Shown: one piece after another, positions 37,613 to 47,967 of the stretch
How the letters are laid out: every line of letters begins with the position of its first letter
How positions within the stretch are numbered: position 1 is the stretch's first letter
Source of the DNA: Candidatus Latescibacterota bacterium
Lineage (GTDB): Bacteria > Latescibacterota > UBA2968 > GCA-2709665
Reading direction: 5' to 3'
NCBI GenBank assembly: GCA_965219455.1
Contig: OZ244744.1
Location: forward strand, 224,001 to 288,000
DNA length: 64,000 nucleotides
Notes under the pieces: generated by a model
Seen by the model: the letters and a program-made list of their open reading frames with translations, nothing else
Told to the model about the DNA's origin: nothing
Databases searched by the model: none
Made by a program: the position numbers and the translations under genes

Positions 37613-38710
37613 TCAAAAGACGATCAGACCCCGTGCCACCTCCCCGGCCGTGAGTGCTCCGAAGGCCTCGTTCGCCTCATCGACACCGTATTTTTTGGTC
37701 ACCAGTTCGTCGATTTTGAGTTTTCCGGCCAGATAGAGCTCCACCATCCGCGGAAAATCGTCCCACGTCCTCGCGCTGCCGTATCTTGATCCACGCAAGA
37801 TTCGCTCGTTCGCCTGGAGGTTCCCCGTATCAAAGGTCACCGTCGAGCCGGTTGGCGGCAGACCGATCAGCACGCACTGGCCCCGCGGCGCCAGGCAGTC
37901 CCACGCCTGATTGATCACCCGCGGCTCACCCACGGCCACGAACGAGTAATCGGACCCCCGGCTCGTCAGGTCCCGGATCGCCTCCACGGGATTGTCCTCC
38001 GCCGCATTGATCGTGTGGGTCGCGCCGAACGACTTCGCATATTCGAGCTTCGCCGGGTTGATGTCCACGGCGATAATGGGGTGGGCCTGCACGAGCGTTC
38101 CGCCCTGGACCACGTTCAGCCCGATTCCGCCCGCCCCGAAAACCACCATGCTCGCCCCCGGTGTCACCGCGGCAGTATTGATGACCGAACCCACACCCGT
38201 CATCACCGAACACCCGATCAGCGCGGCCACGTCCAGCGGCATATCCTCGCGAATGGGTACCGCGCAGGAGGACGGCATCACCGAATAGGAGGAAAAGCTG
38301 CACGCCGGTCCGTAGTGGTAGACCGTCTCGCCCCTCAATTTCATCCTCGAGGTACCGTCCATCAGCACACCGTTGGACGGAACGCCCCGTTCGCACAGGT
38401 GCGAAAGCCCGGTGACACAATAGTGACAGCGTCCGCAGGTCGGCGACCACGAGAGAATCACGTGATCGCCGGGTTTTACATGCGTCACGCCCGGCCCCAC
38501 CTCCTCCACCACACCGGCCCCTTCATCGCCCAGCACCATGGGCATCGGGAACCCCTTCCAGCCCCCGTCCACAACGTGCAGGCAACTGTGACACACCCCG
38601 CTGGCCGCCATCCGCACCATCACCTCATCCTGCTTCGGTCCTTCCAGATCCAGATCCTCAACGACCAGCGGCTTTAGCGGCTCCAACAGTACCGACGCCT
38701 TCATTTTCAT
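37613..38710 (-). CDS. Zn-dependent alcohol dehydrogenase (MDR, class III-like)
   Basis: GVCHS, structural CGRCHYC..C, IGCSVMTG, GAGGIG. GGAGG RBS. Confidence 0.92.
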   Translation of the reverse strand: MKMKASVLLEPLKPLVVEDLDLEGPKQDEVMVRMAASGVCHSCLHVVDGGWKGFPMPMVLGDEGAGVVEEVGPGVTHVKPGDHVILSWSPTCGRCHYCVTGLSHLCERGVPSNGVLMDGTSRMKLRGETVYHYGPACSFSSYSVMPSSCAVPIREDMPLDVAALIGCSVMTGVGSVINTAAVTPGASMVVFGAGGIGLNVVQGGTLVQAHPIIAVDINPAKLEYAKSFGATHTINAAEDNPVEAIRDLTSRGSDYSFVAVGEPRVINQAWDCLAPRGQCVLIGLPPTGSTVTFDTGNLQANERILRGSRYGSARTWDDFPRMVELYLAGKLKIDELVTKKYGVDEANEAFGALTAGEVARGLIVF

Positions 38711-38797
38711 GGCATACCTCCCGTGTGTTCGATATACATCTGACAATCGGCCAAACCCTGCACTTGCCCGGGACAAAATACCGTCGGCGCGAGGACG

Positions 38798-40012
38798 TCA
38801 GGCCCGTGCGTGGTGCGAGGTTTCGGGCGCTCGATACGCCACGTCGATGTCCGGCGTCTCAATGCGCTGTTCGCCTTGCAACCTGGAGGCGAGACAACTC
38901 TCGAGAATGCCGCACACGATCAGGGTGCGTTCGGGCGGGTAGGGCGCCCGCCCGCTTTCAATCATCTCCACGATCTTGGCGACCAGGCAGGCCGAATAGG
39001 TCACGTTGGGCGTGGGCGTCAAGAAAAACTGTGTGGACACCGGCGCGTCATACGCTTCCACCCGCGCCGCGAAACAATAGTCGCGCAGGGCACCGTTGAG
39101 CATGAGTAGCGTCGCACGCAAACCATCGCGGTACTCGATGAAATAGGCTGCGGGATTCACTGCGAGGCCCGGCAACTCGCCCGCTCCCAGCAGATCCCGG
39201 GTGCGGCCGTCCTCTTCGGGCAAGCCGCAGGGCCTATCGCTTCGCGAAAGGGCCGCCTCCAGCAGTTCCCGGGACCAGCGACCCTCCTCGCCGGCCCGCC
39301 AGACCGCGTCGCCTTCGATCATTTGCACGGCCCTCACGCCGGTTTCACCTCCGCGCCTGCGTTCGACCATGCACTGCATGCCCTCGAGCGCGTGGTAGTC
39401 CATGGCATCAGACCCTCCCACCCCTACCATCAGAGCCTCGTCAATCCGACAATCCAGCGGCAACTCCACGTCGGGAAGCCGATAGGAAACGGGCAGGGAC
39501 GAACCCGCCAGCAACGGAAAATCGAGACGGCGGGAATCAGCCACCATTTCGCGGGCTCTCACAAAGCTGTAGGACAGGTGCTTGTCGTTGAATACCGGCA
39601 CCGCGACGCCTTCCTGTTCAAAGACTTCCACGCATTCCTTGAAAAATTCATACCTTGGATACAGGATCTGTCCCTTGTTATTCTTCGGGTACTCGCCGTG
39701 CTCTCCAATGATCAGCACCGCATCCACGGCCAGCCGGTCGGTACCGCAGCGCAGCGCCCCGGCTATGGTGTCGTAAACGTCAAACCCGAACTCTCTTGCG
39801 CGGTCTCCACTCTGGTCGCCCTCCGGCTTCTGGTCGACATAGAGTGACGCGATGCGCGTGTTCGGCCGCCGCCATTGTCCTTCATACGGGTACCCCACCA
39901 CGAACCGGTCCGCGATATGCTGTGCGTGCGAGAGGTAGCGATAGATCGTGGCGACTACGGCGAGGCGCGTGGGCGCGGCGCCCGGTGCGGGCTGTTCTCC
40001 GGGACGGGCCAC
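38798..40012 (-). CDS. conserved hypothetical protein, paralog 2
   Basis: SHAQHIADRF, LYVDQKPEGD, GEHGEYP..KGQILYPRYEF, FNDKHLS, AGSSLP, HALEGMQCMVERR. Confidence 0.85.
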   Translation of the reverse strand: MARPGEQPAPGAAPTRLAVVATIYRYLSHAQHIADRFVVGYPYEGQWRRPNTRIASLYVDQKPEGDQSGDRAREFGFDVYDTIAGALRCGTDRLAVDAVLIIGEHGEYPKNNKGQILYPRYEFFKECVEVFEQEGVAVPVFNDKHLSYSFVRAREMVADSRRLDFPLLAGSSLPVSYRLPDVELPLDCRIDEALMVGVGGSDAMDYHALEGMQCMVERRRGGETGVRAVQMIEGDAVWRAGEEGRWSRELLEAALSRSDRPCGLPEEDGRTRDLLGAGELPGLAVNPAAYFIEYRDGLRATLLMLNGALRDYCFAARVEAYDAPVSTQFFLTPTPNVTYSACLVAKIVEMIESGRAPYPPERTLIVCGILESCLASRLQGEQRIETPDIDVAYRAPETSHHARA

Positions 40013-41206
40013 TTATGTTCTCCAGAAAGTCGATTCAGGGTTGGGCCTGTACGGCACATGGAGATGCGGTGTGGAAATACGGATCTGGTCCTGGTTCAGA
40101 CTGTCCACGGCGGCGGCCACAAGTCCCGTTGTCAGCAGGGTGCGCTCGACGGGGTACGTGGCCTTCCCGGTGAGGAACATCTTCTCTACGTTGTTAACCT
40201 GGGGCGAGAAGAAATTCGCCAGCGTCGTGTGCGCGGGCGGCATGGGCAGGTACATCTGCGTGGACAGGGGTTCGCCCCGCCCGGGCAGGTGCGCCGCGAA
40301 ATTGAAGTCCCGCACCACGCCGTTGAGCAGAATCATGGTCGATATCAGGCCGTCGTGGTGCTCGTACCTGTAGGCAATGGGATCTTCCTCGAGCGTTTTC
40401 ATCTCGTCCAGGGTCGGAAACACGTGATTGAACCCGGGCCGGGCCGTCGTGAGCGTATGACTGCGCGCCAGGCAGGACTCGAACAACTCCCGAGACCAGA
40501 CGCAGTCATGGTGTGCCGTCCAGAAGCGCTCGCCGCGGTAGGTGTCGATCCAGCGGACGCCGCTTTCGCCGCCCCGGCGTCGCTCGACCATACACTGCAG
40601 TGTCTCCAGAGCGTGAAAATCGTAGCTGTCCACCCCGCCGTAACCGATACACATGGCTTCCTTCACGCGGGCGTCCAGCGGCATGTCGATGGAGGGCGTG
40701 CGCCACGTCACCGGGAGGGACGAACCGGCCATAAATGCAAAACCCATCTCCAGAGAAACGTCGTACATCTCCCTGGCCCACTCCCAGCGCCACGACAGAT
40801 GCTTGTCGTTGAAAACCGGTGCGCACCTGCCCGAGGTGCGGTACACCGCCGCGATCTGCTTGAACAACTCATAGCGCGGATAGAGGTGCTGTCCCTTTTC
40901 GTTGGCGCCGTACTGACCGTGTTCGCCCACCAGAAGGACCCCGTCTACGGCCAGTTGACTGCCGCCCAGGGTCAGGGCGTCGCCCACGGTGGGATAGATG
41001 ACCATGCCGGGAAACCGGGCAGCCCGTTCGCGGCTGAGGTCACCTTCGGGGCGCTGGTCCACGTACAGCGAAACCAGGTCCATCGGCGGACGGTGATGCC
41101 GGCCGTTCCATCCGTACCCTTCGAGAAAGCGGTCGCAGATATGCTGGGCGTGGGAGTACTTGCGGTACTCGGTAACAATGGCGGCGATCTTCGGGCGGTC
41201 GGCCAC
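40013..41206 (-). CDS. conserved hypothetical protein, paralog 1
   Basis: Same motif series as 38798-40012. GTG 41206 preferred (ORF extends to 41254). Confidence 0.85.
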   Translation of the reverse strand: MADRPKIAAIVTEYRKYSHAQHICDRFLEGYGWNGRHHRPPMDLVSLYVDQRPEGDLSRERAARFPGMVIYPTVGDALTLGGSQLAVDGVLLVGEHGQYGANEKGQHLYPRYELFKQIAAVYRTSGRCAPVFNDKHLSWRWEWAREMYDVSLEMGFAFMAGSSLPVTWRTPSIDMPLDARVKEAMCIGYGGVDSYDFHALETLQCMVERRRGGESGVRWIDTYRGERFWTAHHDCVWSRELFESCLARSHTLTTARPGFNHVFPTLDEMKTLEEDPIAYRYEHHDGLISTMILLNGVVRDFNFAAHLPGRGEPLSTQMYLPMPPAHTTLANFFSPQVNNVEKMFLTGKATYPVERTLLTTGLVAAAVDSLNQDQIRISTPHLHVPYRPNPESTFWRT

Positions 41207-41250
41207 GGTGGCAATGGATCCTTCGAAGGGTGGGTTCTTGAAAGAGGAGG

Positions 41251-42282
41251 TCAATCTGCAGGCTTTGGCTGGTAGTTATCGATGCGCCCTGGCAGATCCG
41301 GTACAAACTGGTAGTCGGACTCCACCTTCTGCTTTTTCAAAATGCCGACAATCTCGGTCCAGCACGCGACGAGGCCGACCGGACACCCGGGCATTTCGGG
41401 CTTGATCAACTTGTGCAGCTTTCCCAGATGATAACAGGGAACAGCGGCGTACATGTGATGTTCGACGTGGTAATTCATATGCCAATAGAGAAACCGAAAC
41501 AGGGGGTTCAATATCACCGTCCGGCTGTTCAACCGGAAATCGGGCACGTTGTCCTGAAGGCCCACGTGTTGCGTATTGTTGCACAGGAATAGCAGCCACC
41601 CACCGTAGAACGGGGCCAGCGTGATCAATACCGGAAGCATCCACAGACCGAGATATACCGACACGCCCACAAGCACCGCGTGCCCCGCCAGCAGGATACG
41701 GGCCCAGTTGAACAGGCGCCGCCGCAGAGCGCGATCCGACTCGGGGAACAGCGCGCGTTCCCAAGGACCCTCCAGATTACCGAAACCCAGGCGAACGACC
41801 CCCTTCAGTCTGTTGTACAACCCCCAGGGATTGACGACCGCGGCCTTGAGAAAGCTCCCAAGCGTTATTTCCACCGGAAGCACGACTTCCATATCATCGG
41901 GAGGATGGAGGGTATAACGGTGGTGCTTCGAGTGGCTTGTCCAGAAGAAAACGGGATTGAACCAGCCCATAAAACTGAAGACCTTGAGAAACACCACGTT
42001 CAACCATTTCGATTTGAACACGGTGCCGTGACAGAACTCGTGGAATCCGTTCAGCAGGAACGCGTAGCCGGTTCCGTGCAGGAACAGGGCCACGAACAGG
42101 AAAGGGAGCGCAAGATGTTCCGATGCATACCAGGCGAAGGCGCCCGTGAGGGTGAGCGCGCCAAGGTGACCCAGGGTCTGCAAAAACCCCTTGAAGTCGC
42201 TGCGTCGATTCAACGCGTTCAGCGTCTCCCGGTCCAGGGGACACCTGTACCAATTGATTTTACGTTTGCTCCTCGCGTCCAT
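41251..42282 (-). CDS. fatty-acid-desaturase-family di-iron membrane oxygenase (MocD-like)
   Basis: His boxes HEFCH, HSKHH, HVEHH and TM helices. Confidence 0.9.
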   Translation of the reverse strand: MDARSKRKINWYRCPLDRETLNALNRRSDFKGFLQTLGHLGALTLTGAFAWYASEHLALPFLFVALFLHGTGYAFLLNGFHEFCHGTVFKSKWLNVVFLKVFSFMGWFNPVFFWTSHSKHHRYTLHPPDDMEVVLPVEITLGSFLKAAVVNPWGLYNRLKGVVRLGFGNLEGPWERALFPESDRALRRRLFNWARILLAGHAVLVGVSVYLGLWMLPVLITLAPFYGGWLLFLCNNTQHVGLQDNVPDFRLNSRTVILNPLFRFLYWHMNYHVEHHMYAAVPCYHLGKLHKLIKPEMPGCPVGLVACWTEIVGILKKQKVESDYQFVPDLPGRIDNYQPKPAD

Positions 42283-42357
42283 ATCACCATCCGTTTGATT
42301 CCGAAACACGCCGACGCTCAGGCAGCGACGCCAACTTCCGCCCCGCGCCTCTCCCGG

Positions 42358-43326
42358 TCAGCGCTCGCTTGCCGCCACGCGATTCCGCAACACCCCGATA
42401 CCGGAGATCTCGATCTCCACACGGTCACCCGGCTTCATGAAGGTTCCGGTGGTCGCGCCCACTCCGGAAATGGTTCCGGTACTGATCAGATCGCCCGGTT
42501 CGAGGGTGATTATGGCGGAAATGTACTCAATAATCATATCGACAGGATATAACATCTGCCCCGTATTGTTGTTCTGCTTTCTTTCGCCGTTCACGTAGGT
42601 GCTGATCTCCAGCGCATGGGGATCCTGTATCTCGTCGAACGTAACAATCCACGGCCCCTGGGGTCCGAACGTATCCAGCCATTTGCCGTTGAGCCAATCG
42701 AACCACTTGTCCCGGTCGCGGCTTTCCGTGCGCTCCTTGATCAGCAGATCCCGTTCGGACACGTCGTTCATAATGGTATATCCGGCCACGTATTTCAGCG
42801 CATCCTCCGCCTTCACGCCTTTAGCCCGTCGACCCATCACCACGGCCAACTCCCCCTCCCAGTCGACCGACCTGGCTACGGGCGGAATCAGTATGCTGTC
42901 TCCAGGGCCGATCACGGTTGTTGACGGTGGCTTCATGAATACCCGCGGCGTTTCCCTGTCCTGAATGGCCATTTTGCCGCCGCCTTCTTCGATATGGTCC
43001 TGATAGTTGCCCGCGAGGCAGAACACCTTGCGGGGGACCGGCACAGGCGCCTTGAGCCTTACTTTTCCGATCGCATGGCCAAGCCGGCCGTCCGCTTTGC
43101 CTCCCAACCTGTCCACAGCCAATTGCGTTACCTGTTTCGCCGCGCGCAGACCGGTCCTGCCCGCATCGAGCAACGCAAGCATATTGCCAAAGAATCCACG
43201 CACCTCCCGACCCTGGCTGCTGGCCAGCTCCCTTTCTGCGGCCGAGAGATCCACGACAACACTGCCATCGGCCACCACGGACCCGACGAACCGGTCTCTA
43301 CCAATCCCATACGTAACAAGCTTCAT
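42358..43326 (-). CDS. fumarylacetoacetate hydrolase family protein
   Basis: NYQDH, FMKP, DWEGEL, NDVSER, GKWLDTFGP, PGDLISTGT. Confidence 0.93.
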   Translation of the reverse strand: MKLVTYGIGRDRFVGSVVADGSVVVDLSAAERELASSQGREVRGFFGNMLALLDAGRTGLRAAKQVTQLAVDRLGGKADGRLGHAIGKVRLKAPVPVPRKVFCLAGNYQDHIEEGGGKMAIQDRETPRVFMKPPSTTVIGPGDSILIPPVARSVDWEGELAVVMGRRAKGVKAEDALKYVAGYTIMNDVSERDLLIKERTESRDRDKWFDWLNGKWLDTFGPQGPWIVTFDEIQDPHALEISTYVNGERKQNNNTGQMLYPVDMIIEYISAIITLEPGDLISTGTISGVGATTGTFMKPGDRVEIEISGIGVLRNRVAASER

Positions 43327-43443
43327 TCTGAACCCCCTTTAGGAAACAACCCCGAAGGATCACCGTCGGCCGAACGCTTCCCCGGCTCGAACGCAGACCG
43401 GTCGTCATCGACCCATTGCTCGCGCGGCTTCGGAGACAAGAAA

Positions 43444-44334
43444 CTAATCCGTGGGAAACGACAATGGAAACGTGGGCGCATCTTTCTGGTGCGGTGTGCG
43501 TTCGGCGATTTTCATCGCGTGGTATTCCTCAATAAACTCCGCCAGATTCCTGCTGGCCTCCTCAAATACGATCCTGCCCTTCTCCGCGGTCGCCTTCTCC
43601 GCCTCGCCCATCACGCCGCTGTCCGTATACTGACTGGTCCACTCGATCAATCCCATCGCTCCCTTGGCGAACAGATCCGTCCAGACGAATTTCGATCCCA
43701 GTTTATTCGTTTTGGCGATCTCACTCCTGATCCTATCCGTACGCACGCTTTCGGGCGCCAGATACAGCATCATCGACGTCTCCAGTTCGCCCGCGTGGGC
43801 GCAGCCGCCGGGAAAAACGCTCTCACGCCACTTCTTGTCGAAATCCGGATTCACCCTCAACAACTGCCACCAGGAACAGAACACGCAGCTTGCGTCCGTC
43901 TCCACAATCGTCCGCCTGGCCACCATATCCACCAGATTGTGGTTGGAACCGTGTCCGTTCACGAGAATCATCTTCTTGAACCCATGATAGGCCAGACTCT
44001 TGCAGATATCCAGCACATACTGTATAAAATGCTCATAATGAATGTTCAATGAACCCGGAAAGTCCATGACGTGGTGGACGTAGCCATAGCTGACCGGCGG
44101 CAATACCAGGCTCAACTCCGGCTTGCGCCTGGCGGCCTCGGTTGCCACCGCGTCGGCGCACAGGTGGTCCACCTTCAGCGGCAAATGGTGTCCGTGCTGC
44201 TCTACGGATCCCGTTGGCACGATGGGTATCTTTCCCATCTCAACGGCTTCGTTCACCTCGGGCCAGGTCAACTCGTCGAACCGATAAATCTCCCTTACGG
44301 ATGCCATCGGAAATCTCCGCCTTTCATCTGCCAA
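43444..44334 (-). CDS. creatininase / creatinine amidohydrolase family
   Basis: GSVEQHGHHLPLKVD, NGHGSN, HAGELETS, SGVMG. Start 44334 or 44307. Confidence 0.92.
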   Translation of the reverse strand: MADERRRFPMASVREIYRFDELTWPEVNEAVEMGKIPIVPTGSVEQHGHHLPLKVDHLCADAVATEAARRKPELSLVLPPVSYGYVHHVMDFPGSLNIHYEHFIQYVLDICKSLAYHGFKKMILVNGHGSNHNLVDMVARRTIVETDASCVFCSWWQLLRVNPDFDKKWRESVFPGGCAHAGELETSMMLYLAPESVRTDRIRSEIAKTNKLGSKFVWTDLFAKGAMGLIEWTSQYTDSGVMGEAEKATAEKGRIVFEEASRNLAEFIEEYHAMKIAERTPHQKDAPTFPLSFPTD

Positions 44335-45091
44335 TAATGTACCGGTAGGGATCCACCTCTTCCCTCAGGATGCGCAACTCCTCTTCCTCGGGCGGCGCCG
44401 TTTCACCCGCGTCAGGCGCCGGTAGCAACTCGAATCCGGTGTTGGCCTGAACCCTTTCGAACGTGACTCCGGGATGCAGACTCTCCACCTGCATCCGACA
44501 TGTATCAGGGTCGTACCCCATTACTGCAAGGTCCGTAATCACCTTGCAGGGTCCTCCACCGGCCGGCAAACCTGCCGCCTCGCGGGCGCCCGGGCCCGAC
44601 AGGAAGCCGGGCGTGGTCAGAAAATCCAGCCGGTCCACGAATCTCCTTCGGTTGTGCTGCGTCATCACCAGCGTATGCCAGCACAAGCTGGCGAAGTCAT
44701 TCCCGCCGCCACTTCCAGGAAACCGCACCTTCGGATTTGCGTGATCCCCAATTACCGTTGAGTTCAAATTACCGAACGGATCGATCTGAGCCCCGCCCAA
44801 AAAGGCATAATCCATCATCCCTCGCTGGCACGCCTCCATGACATCGCCCATACTGGTAGCCATCTGCGCTCGAAAGAACGTCCTCGAATCTCCAACCGAT
44901 ATTGGCATGGACGGCAAAAGGGGCGCGAGACCTCCTGCTTCGAACGCCACCAGCAGATGCGGGGCATGACGTTTCTGTGCCAGCATCGCCGTGGCGCACG
45001 GCGCTCCCGTTCCAACACCCACCGTCGCACCGTCCTCGAGCATTCTGGATGCCGTACAAATTGCCAGCTCAGTGGCGGTGTATTCGGGCAT
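44324..45091 (-). CDS. family I CoA-transferase beta subunit (GctB/PcaJ-like)
   Basis: VGTGAP, catalytic FEAG, FLGGAQIDPFGNLNST, GSGGGND. Confidence 0.9.
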   Translation of the reverse strand: MPEYTATELAICTASRMLEDGATVGVGTGAPCATAMLAQKRHAPHLLVAFEAGGLAPLLPSMPISVGDSRTFFRAQMATSMGDVMEACQRGMMDYAFLGGAQIDPFGNLNSTVIGDHANPKVRFPGSGGGNDFASLCWHTLVMTQHNRRRFVDRLDFLTTPGFLSGPGAREAAGLPAGGGPCKVITDLAVMGYDPDTCRMQVESLHPGVTFERVQANTGFELLPAPDAGETAPPEEEELRILREEVDPYRYIIGR

Positions 45092-45166
45092 GGGCTTCTC
45101 CTTCCAACCGCGTTGTCGCCGGCGAATGCTCCGGAAAACAACGGTGCCGCCTTGCCATGGGACCAT

Positions 45167-46174
45167 CTACGAGCCCGGATGCAACTCCAGTTCACGCAGT
45201 TCGGCTATGCGCTCCGTCCCGCCGCACAGTTGCAGGTAATGCTCAAAGCGCTCCACCCCATAAATATTCTTCTGAAGAAATGCTTCAAGCCGCTCCTCAT
45301 CCCGTTCGACATCCAGCCATTCCTTCAGATGGTCCTCGTCCGAGAAATACTCGCCGGCCATGTTGCCCGGATAAGAACCGAACGGGACCTCGCAGACCGC
45401 GTCCACGCAGAACGCGGGAATCACCGTGGCCTCGGGCGTCCGCCGAATCTCATCGGTGCTGACGAGTCGCTCCGTTGTAATGACCAGCCGTTTGGATGCG
45501 CGCGCGAGGTCGAAATCGGCCACCGCAATCCCGTGGATCCGACAGTTCCCGCAGGGATCGCTTTCGTGCACGTGGATAAACGCAACATCGGGATAAAGTG
45601 CCGGCACGGCCAGGAGTTTATAGCCCGTAAACGGACAGATGATCTCCTTTGCCGCGCTACGCTCGAAGGTGTCTGTGCCCAGCAGGCTCCGCATCGGCAT
45701 AAACGGAACCGCCGCGGCTGCCGCCCGGAAACGCGCCGCCAGGGCGAAGTTCGACCACTCACACACGGTGACTTCGCTGCTTTCCATCGTCCGCCTGGCC
45801 TGCGGCGACAACCCTCTCGCCTCCAGCCCCACAATGTAGGCCGCATCCACCCGAGACAGCAACTTTCTGCCATTCCGATTCCCCGCGGACAGGATTTCGA
45901 AGTCGTGGGTGGTCGTATGACCGGCAAAACCCAGATCCTGCTTGCCCTGCCGCAGGATTTCGTGCATGCTCGCGGTCGAAATCCGGTTCGCGCCGAACCC
46001 GCCCGATGCGACATAATCCCCGTCCTTTACGAATCGTGACACCGCATCGCGGACGGACGTCACTTTGTCTTCGAACGCGGCTCGCTTCCTGCGGAAGAAG
46101 ATGCGCGCAGCCTCGGGGTCGGGATCTGTAAACAGTGGCCCACTACCGGTTGCCAACTCCGTCATTTCACACAT
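45167..46174 (-). CDS. family I CoA-transferase alpha subunit (GctA-like)
   Basis: VKDGDYVASGGF, EWSN, PFMP..LLGTD, CPFTG, PDVAFIH, PFGSYP. Start 46174 or 46165. Confidence 0.9.
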   Translation of the reverse strand: MCEMTELATGSGPLFTDPDPEAARIFFRRKRAAFEDKVTSVRDAVSRFVKDGDYVASGGFGANRISTASMHEILRQGKQDLGFAGHTTTHDFEILSAGNRNGRKLLSRVDAAYIVGLEARGLSPQARRTMESSEVTVCEWSNFALAARFRAAAAAVPFMPMRSLLGTDTFERSAAKEIICPFTGYKLLAVPALYPDVAFIHVHESDPCGNCRIHGIAVADFDLARASKRLVITTERLVSTDEIRRTPEATVIPAFCVDAVCEVPFGSYPGNMAGEYFSDEDHLKEWLDVERDEERLEAFLQKNIYGVERFEHYLQLCGGTERIAELRELELHPGS

Positions 46175-47123
46175 CCTCGTCCGCTTTCAGGACCTCCATC
46201 AACCTCAACAGGACCCGGTCCCGGTGTCGTATAATCCGCTCCAGGTCGGCATCGGAATAACTGTAGAACCCCGATCCCGACTTCGCACCCAGTTTTCCCT
46301 GTCCGACAAGGCCATTCAACGCCTCGGGCGCCCCCTGTTCCGCACTCAACCGGGCGAACAGATAGCTGCTGATGGCTCGAAACACATCCAATCCGCCCAG
46401 ATCGGCCGTCCGTAGCGGCCCCAGAAAACTGTATCGGAGGCCGGGGCCCGCCGTCATCGCCGTATCGATATCCTCCGCGGAAGCCACCCCTTCCTCCAGC
46501 AGGTGCAACGCCTCCCGCACGACGGCGAACTGCAGGCGGTTGCCCACGAATCCGGGAATGTCCCGCCGCACCAGGATCGGCTTCTTTCCCAGCCTCAGAG
46601 CGACCGACTTCAAAAGTTCGGCCGTGTCGTCGGAGGTCGTATCGGCGCGTATCACTTCCACCAGGGGAATCAGATGGGGCGGGTTCCAGAAGTGCATCCC
46701 GCCCACCCTGTCCGAACGACCGGTTGCGCCGGCAATGGCGGTCACGGAGAGACCGGACGTATTGGTGGCCAGAACGGTTTTTCGCGGACACAGTCTGTCA
46801 CATGCTGCAAGCAACTCCTGCTTCAACGCCAGGTCTTCGGTCACCGCTTCCAATAGAAAATCAGACCCGTCACACGCTTCGGACAGATCCGTTGTCGTCG
46901 TCACCCGCGATACCGCCGCATCGGCGTCGCTGGGACGCAGCAGGCCTGCTTCAACCAGCGCCTGCTGACCCAGCCGCAGGCGCGCCATTGCCCGATCCAG
47001 CAGCGCATCGCTCAAGTCTACGAGATGGACACGACATCCCGCCCGCGCGAACATGTCGGCGATACCGGGGCCCATGGTTCCCGCCCCGATTACGGCAACC
47101 GCGGATATCTCCTGCGAATCCAT
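46167..47123 (-). CDS. 3-hydroxyacyl-CoA dehydrogenase
   Basis: GAGTMG, EAVTE, TNTS, HFWNPP..LVE, PGFVGNR. Confidence 0.93.
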   Translation of the reverse strand: MDSQEISAVAVIGAGTMGPGIADMFARAGCRVHLVDLSDALLDRAMARLRLGQQALVEAGLLRPSDADAAVSRVTTTTDLSEACDGSDFLLEAVTEDLALKQELLAACDRLCPRKTVLATNTSGLSVTAIAGATGRSDRVGGMHFWNPPHLIPLVEVIRADTTSDDTAELLKSVALRLGKKPILVRRDIPGFVGNRLQFAVVREALHLLEEGVASAEDIDTAMTAGPGLRYSFLGPLRTADLGGLDVFRAISSYLFARLSAEQGAPEALNGLVGQGKLGAKSGSGFYSYSDADLERIIRHRDRVLLRLMEVLKADEDV

Positions 47124-47196
47124 TCGACCATCCCGTTCCGGCGGGGCTCAGGCGTTGCAGCCGCGCACCCCGAATCAACCCGCCGATCATCGCGTC

Positions 47197-47964
47197 CTAT
47201 ACCGCCGTCCAGCCTCCGTCTACCAGCAACGTATGGCCCGTTATCAGATCCGCGGCCGGGCTCGCCAGGAAGACCACGGCCCCCACGACGTCCTCAGGCT
47301 TCCCTACCCGCCCCAGCGGGATCCGCTTTAAAAGATCCTCCCGAAGCGCGGGATCGTCAAATGTGGATTGTGTAAGGGGCGTCAGGATAAACGTGGGACC
47401 CACCGCGTTCACGTTGATGCCGTGCGGCGCCCACTCGAGCGCCAGCACGCGGGTCAGATTCACCACGCCGGCTTTGCTCGAACAGTAGGCAGCGCGGCGG
47501 TAGTAGCCGATCACGCCGTTCTGGGAGGCGATATTGACGATCTTTCCTCCTCCGGCGTTCACCATTCGTCGGCCAACGCGCTGGGACATGAAGAACAGCC
47601 CTTTCAGATTCACATCCATGACAGTGTCCCAGTCAGCCTCATCGACGTCGAGCGCGTCTCTGGGTATATTGACGCCGGCATTGTTCACCAGCACGTCAAT
47701 CTGCCCCATCTCCTTCACGGTTCTCTCAACTGCAAGTTCAATGCTGTCCAGGTCTGGCAGACGCAGGGATACGGGCAGGGCACGCCGCTCCAATCGTTCG
47801 ATATCGGCGCAGACGCCCTCCACTTCGACGGTTTTTTCGGGCAATTCACAGGGCACGCAGTGCGCACCCGCCTCGGCCACCGCTATAGCCACGGCCCTGC
47901 CGATGCCGGAGCCCGCACCGGTGACCATCACGACTTTGTCCTCCAAACGCATGCTGGGCAACAC
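47197..47964 (-). CDS. short-chain dehydrogenase/reductase
   Basis: TGAGSGIG, VNNAG, YCSSK, ITGHTLLVDGG. Confidence 0.93.
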   Translation of the reverse strand: MLPSMRLEDKVVMVTGAGSGIGRAVAIAVAEAGAHCVPCELPEKTVEVEGVCADIERLERRALPVSLRLPDLDSIELAVERTVKEMGQIDVLVNNAGVNIPRDALDVDEADWDTVMDVNLKGLFFMSQRVGRRMVNAGGGKIVNIASQNGVIGYYRRAAYCSSKAGVVNLTRVLALEWAPHGINVNAVGPTFILTPLTQSTFDDPALREDLLKRIPLGRVGKPEDVVGAVVFLASPAADLITGHTLLVDGGWTAV

Positions 47965-47967
47965 GAT

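Noticed and set aside
39875-41275. 466-aa plus-strand ORF and similar long antisense ORFs (4290-5498, 35247-36341, 42994-44052, 44957-46039, 51809-53041, 62171-63208)
   Set aside because: Shadow ORFs opposite well-supported genes in GC-rich DNA, with no motifs.
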